A stretch of DNA of 64,000 nucleotides, from IMG/VR virus record IMGVR_UViG_3300042452_000786, positions 11,875 through 75,874 of that record; one strand, given 5' to 3'. Positions 45,425 to 53,913 of this stretch are shown here, in pieces. How positions within the stretch are numbered: the stretch's first letter is position 1; each line of letters starts with the position of its first letter. The DNA is from a virus. The position numbers and the translations under genes were made by a program. Below the pieces are notes generated by a model, which ran no database searches, was not told the origin of the DNA, and saw only the letters and a list, made by a program, of their open reading frames with translations.

Positions 45425-46152
45425 CAGCTCATACCAAAACCAAAGTTCTGAGGAGTGCTGGCGGCGCCAGCAATTGCACTAGCCATGTCAGCAACGTTTA
45501 AATTGTTACGGCGACCAAGAGCTAAGGTTCGCATGAAATCCATGGGATCAACAGATTCTTTTTGGTCTTCATCTGTTAAATAAATGTTGTAGGTAATTCC
45601 ACCTGGGGTTTGAGCTTGTCTTGCAGCTACGGGTTGTTGTGTAAGTTGTTGTGTGGGTTGCGTTGTTTTTGGAGTTGTGCCAAAAACTTTTTGTAGATCT
45701 TTTAAAGACTTGACCGGTTGTCCGTAATAGCTTTTACCGCTTTGCGTGGGGAACGATGCCCACTCCGGAGATAAAGCGGCCGCAACTTCTGGAGACAACC
45801 CTTCTTTTTCTAAACGTGCAAAACCACCAATTGGTTTTAAACGTTGATGCGCTAAGTACGTACCAGCAATGTCTTGCTCTTTAGGGCCAAAACCTTTTAG
45901 TCCAAGTTTTTTTGAAACAGATTGCCAAGTCGGTGTTAAAAATTGATAGGCTCCAGCGGCGGTGCTGGTGTATCCACCTGAACTGATTGCTTGATCTGGA
46001 TGGCGACTTAAATCAGAAAACTTTTTACCACTGAACTGTGTTTGGTAGCCTTGAGGACCAGCTGTTCCTTCTGCGTAACGAATTGCGTTAAGCAGCTTTT
46101 GCACAGAAGGATTCTGTACTTGTTGTTGGTAAAAAGCTAGATCTTCTGCCAT
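45424..46152 (-). CDS. lambda-R-like muramidase/transglycosylase (GH104)
   Basis: LL.AI..AEGT, F.D.S.HP, STAAGAYQFL..TW, F.P..QD, EWAS.P. Confidence 0.88.
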   Translation of the reverse strand: MAEDLAFYQQQVQNPSVQKLLNAIRYAEGTAGPQGYQTQFSGKKFSDLSRHPDQAISSGGYTSTAAGAYQFLTPTWQSVSKKLGLKGFGPKEQDIAGTYLAHQRLKPIGGFARLEKEGLSPEVAAALSPEWASFPTQSGKSYYGQPVKSLKDLQKVFGTTPKTTQPTQQLTQQPVAARQAQTPGGITYNIYLTDEDQKESVDPMDFMRTLALGRRNNLNVADMASAIAGAASTPQNFGFGMS

Positions 46153-46174
46153 GACTGATGCAGCTGATGAGGAT

Positions 46175-46654
46175 TTAGCGGAAGCTGTTGTTGAGCATAA
46201 GTCGAGTGCCAACAGCAACGTCAGCGGGGCCAGGAAGTGCTTGGATAAACTCAGCGCCTTCCCGATTAAACCGATACCTCGCTTGTTCAGGATTTCGGTA
46301 ATTGGGGACATAAAGATGAAGGGCTAGTCGATCCGTCTCGTATAGATAAATTGCCGTCCAGGTTTTTAGCGTGTCCCTAAAATCAGAAGTTGCAATCGTA
46401 CGATCAACGTCACCAGCGATGCTTTCAATACGATTACGAGGAACGGTGTTATTGTTCACGCTACCTGTCATGTCTGTGCGTTTTTCAGCCTCATCGCACC
46501 GACCGACCTGTTCGACAATCTTGCTATACCAGAACGAATCTGGGATGTTGTTGACAGCTTCCTCTAGCCGCGCTTGGTCACCAGCGGGGATGGATGTAGT
46601 GTTGTACCCCAGGTGCCAGCGGACCTTTGATTTAAGGAAGGTATCGAGTTGCAT
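46175..46654 (-). CDS. putative head-tail adaptor
   Basis: K..VRWHLGY N-terminal helix; position downstream of the capsid genes. Confidence 0.5.
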   Translation of the reverse strand: MQLDTFLKSKVRWHLGYNTTSIPAGDQARLEEAVNNIPDSFWYSKIVEQVGRCDEAEKRTDMTGSVNNNTVPRNRIESIAGDVDRTIATSDFRDTLKTWTAIYLYETDRLALHLYVPNYRNPEQARYRFNREGAEFIQALPGPADVAVGTRLMLNNSFR

Positions 46655-46728
46655 TAGTTTTTATTAATGCGTTTTTGGGTATCGCAGGCTATAGCTATAC
46701 CCAGTAACACACTAGCACGCGCAAATTA

Positions 46729-47169
46729 TCACTCTACGCGGACAAGATTTTCTTTAAAAATCTCATCCCAATCGACGCGTTTAATTGATCGGAGTTGCTC
46801 TAACTTCTGGAAACGTTCAGCTGGCAACGACGTTTGCAAGTCTTTAATGTCACGGGCTGTCTTAAGTCCGACGCCAGGGAGAGAGTCTGCGATCTGACGT
46901 GCAGTTGCTGTGTTGATATTGATGCGGACATCAAGAGGGAAAGTTTCCCGTGTTGTTGGCTTGGCTGGACGAACGCCTTCAGCTTCAAGCTGAGCAGTTA
47001 GACGTTCTTCCGTCCGAATTTTTTCGTTGGTGGCTTCAAGATGAGGCGTCAAGTCGTTTTCTTCGACATAGATAACCTCATCTTGAGAGTCCACACACAT
47101 TAAGACACCGTCTCCGTGTTTAGAAACAACTTCAACGAGTCCGCCAGTCAGTTTGTATTGGTAGAGCAT
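46729..47169 (-). CDS. helix-hairpin-helix DNA-binding protein
   Basis: ININTA....I...LPGVG.K.A..I, F..LEQL..I. Confidence 0.75.
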   Translation of the reverse strand: MLYQYKLTGGLVEVVSKHGDGVLMCVDSQDEVIYVEENDLTPHLEATNEKIRTEERLTAQLEAEGVRPAKPTTRETFPLDVRININTATARQIADSLPGVGLKTARDIKDLQTSLPAERFQKLEQLRSIKRVDWDEIFKENLVRVE

Positions 47170-47226
47170 TCCATAGGAGTGACAACTACCAATACAATAC
47201 CAACATTAACCTTGTTGCGCTACTGA

Positions 47227-48033
47227 TCAGATGTCGTCGCCACCCACTTGGGAAGCAAAGTCAATCAGACCCTCAATGTCGCGCCAGGAGACGGCGGCTT
47301 GAGGACGAATGTAGTTCACGCGACACACAAGGTAGCCTGCACGTCCAGCATCAAAATCAGTTTGGCTGATGAAGATACCGGCGCCATTTACCGTTGTGGA
47401 GGTGATGGCAGTGGTGTTGAACACCTTGAAGGTGGTGTCCGAAGTTACTTTGTACATCATGCTGTTGGCAAGGTCGCCAGCAACAATTGTGCTAGTAACG
47501 CTGGACGGGAAGGGAAGACCAGCAGCCGTAACGCCAGACAGGCCCTGAGTAAACAGGGAGCTGGCAGCAGTGATGCTTGATGTAGCAGCGGCAAGACCGT
47601 TCAGCTGAGTAGCAGGAATACCAAAAGGTACGCCAGCGTTGTTAGGACCAAGAACCAGCAGCTCGGAAGTGGTACCACCAATGTTGGCAGTCACAGGATC
47701 AGCGGGGAAACCAGTAACTGTGTAGTCTTGGGCCACCGCGATCGACGCACCCACAACGTAGGTAGGACGAGCTGAAGAAGCTGGCACCACGAGAGAGGTG
47801 CGGTTGTCGCGCACACGGTCGTCAGGACGACGATCCGGGGAAGGCACGGTGATGTCAAAGCTCTTGAAGTTAGCTTTGTCAGCAGCAAGGTTGCTGATCC
47901 TGACGTAACCAATAGTTTCGTAAGCTTCAACACCTGGCCAACCAAACACACCCTCGCCGTTGTAACCAGAGAGGCGGTTAACCTGGTTGCCTGGTTGCAG
48001 AATTGCACCAGCGTTTGATTTATAAGTAGCCAT
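47227..48033 (-). CDS. putative capsid decoration/minor capsid protein
   Basis: Immediately downstream of the capsid gene, strong GGAGG RBS, beta-rich. Confidence 0.6.
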   Translation of the reverse strand: MATYKSNAGAILQPGNQVNRLSGYNGEGVFGWPGVEAYETIGYVRISNLAADKANFKSFDITVPSPDRRPDDRVRDNRTSLVVPASSARPTYVVGASIAVAQDYTVTGFPADPVTANIGGTTSELLVLGPNNAGVPFGIPATQLNGLAAATSSITAASSLFTQGLSGVTAAGLPFPSSVTSTIVAGDLANSMMYKVTSDTTFKVFNTTAITSTTVNGAGIFISQTDFDAGRAGYLVCRVNYIRPQAAVSWRDIEGLIDFASQVGGDDI

Positions 48034-48047
48034 TGTTAGTTACCTCC

Positions 48048-50000
48048 TCAAACGATGGTGAAAGCTGCGGTGACGAAGTCCTTGTTCAGGTTGGCAAAGC
48101 CAGCGTACAGCTGCCAAATCAAGATGATAAAGCGGCTGAAGTCATCGTTGTTGTTGATGAGAACCTGAGCGTTGGGGCCACCGATGCCCACGCCAACGGC
48201 CTGAGGACCGAAGAACAGAGCAGGAGGAGTGTTGTGAGACACAGCGCCGAGACCGTCGCCAGTGTCCACAGTGATGGACTTGTCAGCAAAGTTGGTGGAC
48301 TCGAAGAAACGTACGCCTTCAAAGACAAAGCCAGAAGGCATGATCGGTTCACCAGCCACGAATTGAGCTTGGCCGTACTGACCGCCGCCATAGATGGAGG
48401 CGTTGGGAGCCATGGCACCCATAAGGGGGTTAGGCTGGCCCATGCCAGGGTAACGAGCCACTTCACGGAAACCTTGGTCAGCACGCAGATCCTTCATGAA
48501 AGAGGGATCAGCAATACAGCGGTAGTAACCGTCAGCAAAGACAGGCACATTGCGCTTGCGGAGTTGCTTGACAACTTCCAGAAGGTCAGTTTTGACGTTG
48601 AACTTATAACGCTCAGAAGCGTATTCTGTAGCGGAATAAGCAGTCAGCGTGGTAGAGCCAGTCTTGATCTTACCGTTGGGGTAGTAGTAACCACCTTGGG
48701 TGTCAGAAGAGGCACCACGAGCTTCCGATTTCGAAAACTCATCAAGGAACACACGATCGCGCCAGCGGCGATAGTCGTCTAGCAGGGTCAGCGAACCGAT
48801 GGACTGGTGGAACATGTTAAGGTTCCCGGTGTCCAGCAGCAGACGCTGAGCGGTCATCAGAGTCTCACGAGCAATTTTGAAAGTGCTCGGGAGGTTGGAG
48901 TTGTTCGGGTCGGCAGGACCAGTGTACTCACGCAGAGAGACGAGCACTTTGTCCTTAACGATGGAGCGGCTATTAGCCGTACCAATCGTTTGGTCTTGGG
49001 TACGCTCACGCTGAGTTTTGGTGCCGGGGTTGCCCCAGAAACGGTACCGGTCTAACTGAACAGTTTGACCAGGCTGTTTAGTGAAGTCGTGGACAACAAC
49101 AGGCTCGGCTGCCATTTCCACAATATAAGCCGGGTGGGGACGGTACAGCTCCGCGCCCAACAGCTTGGGAAAATCGTTCTCCTGATCTCCAGTCTCCTGA
49201 AGGGGTGGACTATCTCTTCACCCTGTAAGGGTGCCGGGCGCTAATGGCGTATTACGAATGAAGCGTCATTCACCGCCTAGTCTCTGCACCTTCCAACTAC
49301 GTACTTAGTTGGCTTGGCTCAGGATTACCCTCGACTTGACGTTAGGGCTTCCCTGAATTCACCCGGTTTTCACTGATCAGTTGCCTGATCAGGCGACAAC
49401 GTTGACTACTCAGCTAAGTCGTGTTAGGATTGGAATCAAGTTGTTTTTATACAACATGGAACCAAAACTTGTTCCTGGATTTGAAAACCTTTACTTGAGC
49501 TTTTCTGGGACTCCTTATCAAAAAATCAATGAAGACTTTGTTGAATTAAAGGTCAGCTCATCAAGCATGTACGACAGGGTTTCTGTTCTTAAAAATGAAA
49601 AGAAAGAAAGGCACCATGTACACGTTCTTATGGCTGTGACATTTTTAGATTTAGATTTAGCTTTACACGGAACCGGAAGTGCTTCTCTTCAAGTTGATCA
49701 CAAAGACGGAAACAAAAGAAACAATTCTCTTGAAAACCTTGAAGTTGTTACAAAAAGAGAGAATTACGATAGGGCGTTAAAAGCTGGGTGCTACTCTAAA
49801 AATGGTTACGCCAGTAAAGGTAGGCCAAAGAAAACATTAAGAAAGTTTTCGGAGGATGACATTGTGCAGATTAAAGAAATGAGATCAGACGGTCTTTCTT
49901 ATAGAAAAATTGCTGCTTACTTTAACTGCAATCACTTGGCCATTTATCAAATCTTAAAAGGAAAAACCTATCAGGATCTGAGTTAGCTATCGATAAACAT
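48048..50000 (-). CDS. major capsid protein (N4-gp56-like), spliced: join(complement 49989..50000, 48048..49178), 380 aa
   Basis: Position after portal and scaffold; G.TVQ..RY, GV.F.EST, ALFFG..A.G, D..R...L.W motifs; in-frame join gives MFID-NDFPKLLGAELYRP. Confidence 0.85.
49179..49988 (-). mobile_element. group I intron (810 nt, IC-type core)
   Basis: P AAUUCAGGGAA, Q AAUCCUGAGC, R GUGCAGAGACUA, S AAGAGAUAGUCC; exon ends in U, intron ends in G; P1 CGAU/AGC pairs with GUUGUCG. Confidence 0.92.
49456..49986 (+). CDS. intron-embedded HNH homing endonuclease, antisense to the host gene
   Basis: VH.L.A..F, VDHKDGNK.NN...NLE.VT..EN, C-terminal HTH. Confidence 0.88.
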   Translation: MEPKLVPGFENLYLSFSGTPYQKINEDFVELKVSSSSMYDRVSVLKNEKKERHHVHVLMAVTFLDLDLALHGTGSASLQVDHKDGNKRNNSLENLEVVTKRENYDRALKAGCYSKNGYASKGRPKKTLRKFSEDDIVQIKEMRSDGLSYRKIAAYFNCNHLAIYQILKGKTYQDLS

Positions 50001-50121
50001 GTTGGTAATTCAGCGTAAGTTTTAGCTGAAACCAGGATCTGGAGGATCCTTGGGTACAGTAGTTTCCGGTTTCCCGTAACCGCTGCTTGCCTGGAACTTC
50101 CGTCCCATTGAAAAAATTATA
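50001..50121 (-). promoter_or_regulatory. capsid gene promoter (TGC-TATAAT) and structured ~108-nt leader
   Basis: TATAAT at complement 50116-50121; three hairpins in the leader. Confidence 0.6.
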
Positions 50122-50152
50122 GCAACCCTTTATCAATCCAGATTATTTAAGT

Positions 50153-50416
50153 TCAGTAGTTGACCATATGCGGAGCATTGTGACCGGCAAGCATATTACC
50201 TGCTGTATATGACGTTGGAGCCATTGTACCGGTTGCTCGATAAGGATTGATGTAACCGTCTGCTGGTTGCAGTGAGATGGAAGAAGCTTGAACTTCAGGG
50301 TTAATTCCAGCGGTAGCACTCATCATGCCAAGGGCTGCTGCTGGATCTTCCTGTTGCGCAGTTTTTTTACGACCTTTTGATTTGCTAACTGCTTTTTTTG
50401 CTTTTGCTTTGTCCAT
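50153..50416 (-). CDS. hypothetical protein with basic N-terminus
   Basis: TGATG-coupled to the upstream gene. Confidence 0.6.
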   Translation of the reverse strand: MDKAKAKKAVSKSKGRKKTAQQEDPAAALGMMSATAGINPEVQASSISLQPADGYINPYRATGTMAPTSYTAGNMLAGHNAPHMVNY

Positions 50417-50853
50417 CAGCGGTTACCTTTCTTTTGGGGAACGGGAGGCATAATACCCATGGGAAGTTGTCCACGCATCGGCATCATTTGTGACATCATC
50501 ATTTGCTCACTGGCGAGCATCTGATCTTGTGTAATTTCTGTTGCTTTAACATTACGATCTGTAAACAAACCATGTTGTGGCAACGGAGATCCTGGAAGGT
50601 TTAACTTTAGGTAGGCAGCATCCAGGTTTTGTGCCATTGGAGGTTGCGGAGCACGAGGATCACCAACACCGGTTCCGTCACTCATCATTCGCACAGCAGC
50701 AAAATGATCTGTGTTACCTGCTTGAACCTGCTGTGCAAGATCGTAACCACCAAAACCAACCAATGAAGGTGAGCCAATTGGTCCGCCAGCTGTGCCAATA
50801 CTGGCCAAGAACTGTTGCGTCCTGGCACCCACACTGGCTTTTTTTGATGCCAT
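50416..50853 (-). CDS. hypothetical protein
   Basis: 145 aa between scaffold and capsid genes. Confidence 0.6.
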   Translation of the reverse strand: MASKKASVGARTQQFLASIGTAGGPIGSPSLVGFGGYDLAQQVQAGNTDHFAAVRMMSDGTGVGDPRAPQPPMAQNLDAAYLKLNLPGSPLPQHGLFTDRNVKATEITQDQMLASEQMMMSQMMPMRGQLPMGIMPPVPQKKGNR

Positions 50854-50865
50854 TTTTTTAGAAAC

Positions 50866-50891
50866 AAAAACGGGGCAGCTATTGCTACCCC
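50866..50891 (-). terminator. intrinsic terminator after the scaffold gene
   Basis: GGGGTAGC-aata-GCTGCCCC then GTTTTT. Confidence 0.7.
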
Positions 50892-50946
50892 TTATTTTAC
50901 AGTTACTATGTTTTCTAATAAACGGATTATATCAACAATCCGAGTA

Positions 50947-51948
50947 TCACTCCATCACCATCAGCTTCTGACGGAAAGCATCGGGAGATGCCATGTTCAG
51001 ATAGCGCCAGGCATTGGAAGGATCACGTTCGGCCAGAGCACCAAAACCGTTCCAGAAGTCAGCGGGGTTGCCCTGAACTTGGGGCTGCGGGGGAGCAGGC
51101 ATTTCAGGACGCTGAGGAGCCACAGGACGCTGGAACTGTTGACCAACGGCTTGAGGGGCACGGCTGTAACCAATTTCTTCATCGGGCACCGGATAGGGGC
51201 CATTTTCACCGAAAAACTCACAAGTGTAGTCAGCCAGGACGTCCGGATCGGTCAGGATGGTCTCATAGGAGCGGTGCTCGTTAGAGAGTTCCTGGAGCAG
51301 ACCAACAGCCTCAGTGAGCTGCTGGTTGGTAGCAATCAGAGCATCTTCTAACTGACACGCGTAGCTATTGAGAATAGCTGGCACGTCAGCACCGAAGTGA
51401 TCAATGACCTGAAGACTAGCTTCGCTTACCCCGCTTGCGCGGAGTTGGTCCGGGCTGATTTCCTGCGAAGTTTGGGAATAACCGTTGGAGTAAGCCTGGT
51501 TGTTGTTGATCCCAGGCATAGAGGTCGGCATCCCCGCGTTGTTGTACTGGGGAACCGGTTGGGAATTGTAGTTGACCGGTGCGACTTGTTGGTTCGCGCT
51601 CGATTGTTGACCCTGGAACGGGAATTGGACGGGCGAACTCAGGAGCCCCACTACCCGGTTGAATGCCTCCTTGTAAGGGTTCTCCGATTGTGGTGCTGTT
51701 TGTTGGGGCGCCAGGGATTCCTGGTGGTAGTACGGTGTAGGGCTGGATTGGTAGTTGCTGACCCCCATCTGGGCCTGCATTTGCGGGGCTGGGGCCACCG
51801 CTTGCTGGTAAGGCGCCACCCATTGGGGAGACGTTGCCACCGCCGGGGCCTGAGCCGCCGTCTGTGCTACCGGAGCCGCGTAGCTGATCGGCTGGGTCTG
51901 GGATACTTGGGGTACCGATTGGATCGGCGCTGCGGTATCGGCCTGCAT
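50947..51948 (-). CDS. putative capsid scaffolding protein
   Basis: AGAGGT RBS 5 nt before ATG; Q/P/A-rich N-terminus, central coiled coil, helical C-terminus; between portal and capsid. Confidence 0.65.
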   Translation of the reverse strand: MQADTAAPIQSVPQVSQTQPISYAAPVAQTAAQAPAVATSPQWVAPYQQAVAPAPQMQAQMGVSNYQSSPTPYYHQESLAPQQTAPQSENPYKEAFNRVVGLLSSPVQFPFQGQQSSANQQVAPVNYNSQPVPQYNNAGMPTSMPGINNNQAYSNGYSQTSQEISPDQLRASGVSEASLQVIDHFGADVPAILNSYACQLEDALIATNQQLTEAVGLLQELSNEHRSYETILTDPDVLADYTCEFFGENGPYPVPDEEIGYSRAPQAVGQQFQRPVAPQRPEMPAPPQPQVQGNPADFWNGFGALAERDPSNAWRYLNMASPDAFRQKLMVME

Positions 51949-53683
51949 AGGTTACCTCTTTTTGTAGGCTTTCGAGAGTTCGGTAAAGGAAGGGAGTGAG
52001 ATCTAATCTCGGATCCGCAGCCATCGGAAGATTGGGTTGCTGCGGATGTGGTGTTCGCATCTCTTGATTGATTAGATCAATAAATGCGGAGTAGGCCCTC
52101 TGTACTTCCCCTACCATTCGGAATGGGAAACCGGAGAGCATTCCCGCGATTTCGTCATCCGTTTTTGAAGGGAATAAATACTTCAGTGCTTCAATGCTAT
52201 CAACACCTAATTCTTGTAGGTTACGAGTAAAGATAGATTGGTTTAATTTGTCCTGTGCAGTATCTTCATAAACGGGTCCCATCCAGCGCCAGTTAACTAC
52301 CCGATCCCCGTCTGGCGCTAATCCAAGAACGCCATCAGGTACTTCTTTTGTTTCCAGGGCAGTGTCAATAGCTTTTTGAAGTTTTTTTTCATACGCTGCT
52401 TTTTGTTTGTCGTATTTAATTTGCGCAGCTTCGTCATTAGGATCTTCCGGAGGAGCCGGATATTTGATGCCGGAGGCGTACGCCAAAGACTTACGGAAAA
52501 TCTGTTCCTCCTGGAAGATCATTAATTCAAAACACTTGCACACTCCATAGGTATAAAGTTGTAAGCATTTTTTCTTTGCAGTAGCACTTACGCGTCCATA
52601 AGCTGATTTAATCTCCGTAGCTGTTACATTTGTAATGCTAAGGTCATCGATACCACCTAAAGCAAGCCGGATCTCATTACGAAGTTGTTCGGAATACCGA
52701 GCTTGATCAGAGCTAACAGCATTGGGAGTAATGAAGCCAACACGATCAGTTGGCTCCAGGTTTGCAATGACTCGTGGTACACGCATGCCACTACCTGGAC
52801 GCCCAATGTATCCAGGAGCCTGGCGACTTACGTTGTCTTGTTTGTACGTTGAACTTGAAAGAAAGAAGTCTGATTGGAATCCAGATTGACTGGAAATGCT
52901 GGGTCTCTGCGCAACATCATTGTCTTGGCTTTCAATAATGTCTTGCTTGGGGCGAGAAGAAAGAAGAGTAGGGTTGCCAAAGAATGAAAGGTTTGCTCTG
53001 ATATTTTTAACCATTTCATCGTGAGCAAGAATTTGATTGGATAACCACTCAAATTCACCTACACCTTCTGTGCCAAAAGCATCGGGATTGTTAAAGACTT
53101 CAATGCAAGGAATAAATTCCATTGTATTGATTACAGTCTTTTTTTCGGTTATACCAAACTCCATGTTTGGCATGTCGAATGTAATTTCTTGTTCGCTGTG
53201 GAACTCTTCGATTTCTGTAGCGGTAATGCGAAGCCGCATGTAACGCTTATCCGTATTTAAACCAACACCCTGGAAGCCACGCGAAGCTTTAACTTTGTAC
53301 GGATAAATGATGATAACTTCTTCTAGTTCACCTTCTGGAGAGTAATAGGTTCGATACGCGTCTTTATCAAACCAATAAAGGCGGTACGTTTTTTTGGTAG
53401 GACGTATATAGAAAAGACCTTTTCCGTAGCACAAGAATCGATCCCAAATGGAATCGAGCCTGGCATCGAGCTTGTTAAATTTGATGACTTGTTGAATGAA
53501 GTCAAACCGTTGAGTACCAAAATTATCTTGCTGCGGATAAAACTCAACTCCCTGACGCACCCCAAACATTTTCATTTGGGATAGGTGCGCATTAACCAGC
53601 ATGGTGTCAGCCGTGCCGGTACCATCGCGGTTTACGACGGCTTTGAGGATAGCGTCGAGTGCGGATTTACTACTATCGCTCAT
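51416..53683 (-). CDS. portal protein with long C-terminal extension
   Basis: Large ORF downstream of TerL; P...V.N......G..E, V.W.W.PV.E motifs. Confidence 0.7.
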   Translation of the reverse strand: MSDSSKSALDAILKAVVNRDGTGTADTMLVNAHLSQMKMFGVRQGVEFYPQQDNFGTQRFDFIQQVIKFNKLDARLDSIWDRFLCYGKGLFYIRPTKKTYRLYWFDKDAYRTYYSPEGELEEVIIIYPYKVKASRGFQGVGLNTDKRYMRLRITATEIEEFHSEQEITFDMPNMEFGITEKKTVINTMEFIPCIEVFNNPDAFGTEGVGEFEWLSNQILAHDEMVKNIRANLSFFGNPTLLSSRPKQDIIESQDNDVAQRPSISSQSGFQSDFFLSSSTYKQDNVSRQAPGYIGRPGSGMRVPRVIANLEPTDRVGFITPNAVSSDQARYSEQLRNEIRLALGGIDDLSITNVTATEIKSAYGRVSATAKKKCLQLYTYGVCKCFELMIFQEEQIFRKSLAYASGIKYPAPPEDPNDEAAQIKYDKQKAAYEKKLQKAIDTALETKEVPDGVLGLAPDGDRVVNWRWMGPVYEDTAQDKLNQSIFTRNLQELGVDSIEALKYLFPSKTDDEIAGMLSGFPFRMVGEVQRAYSAFIDLINQEMRTPHPQQPNLPMAADPRLDLTPFLYRTLESLQKEVTYAGRYRSADPIGTPSIPDPADQLRGSGSTDGGSGPGGGNVSPMGGALPASGGPSPANAGPDGGQQLPIQPYTVLPPGIPGAPTNSTTIGEPLQGGIQPGSGAPEFARPIPVPGSTIEREPTSRTGQLQFPTGSPVQQRGDADLYAWDQQQPGLLQRLFPNFAGNQPGPTPRKRGKRS

Positions 53684-53701
53684 TGCTGCTTAAGAGTCAG
53701 A

Positions 53702-53884
53702 TTATTCTTCAATATCGTAGCCAGCGGAAAGCCGTTTGAGTGTGATGATGTCATCTTCAACCTCAACTTCAAACCTTTCATTTGGTTGAAGGGCCATGTC
53801 GTGGCACAGCTCATCAGGAAGAGGAATGACTGCAGAACCGTAAGCGTCTTGCTCCAGTTCTACATTGTAATAGCTGGTAGACAT
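53702..53884 (-). CDS. AbrB/MazE-like protein
   Basis: G..VIPLPDEL...M.L......E.EVE.D.I.LK. Confidence 0.7.
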   Translation of the reverse strand: MSTSYYNVELEQDAYGSAVIPLPDELCHDMALQPNERFEVEVEDDIITLKRLSAGYDIEE

Positions 53885-53913
53885 TGTGAGGGTGATTTCT
53901 TTAGTTTAAATCG

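Noticed and set aside
46153-46311. N-terminal signal-like extension of the muramidase
   Set aside because: It overlaps the adaptor gene; ATG 46152 just after the adaptor stop is more parsimonious, though not excluded.
46729-47169. PsbU photosystem gene
   Set aside because: Only the generic HhH pattern is shared; there is no signal peptide and the context is the head module.
48033-48782. 249-aa plus-strand ORF and similar long antisense ORFs (825..1313, 51397..51999)
   Set aside because: Shadows of strongly codon-biased genes with no motifs of their own.
49158-49160. TTG start for the capsid gene
   Set aside because: The frame continues to 49178 and joins exon 1 across a well-formed intron.
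50090-50110. glnA glutamine riboswitch (GACGGAAGT on the minus strand)
   Set aside because: The flanking CGTT and GAAGGAACG elements are missing.
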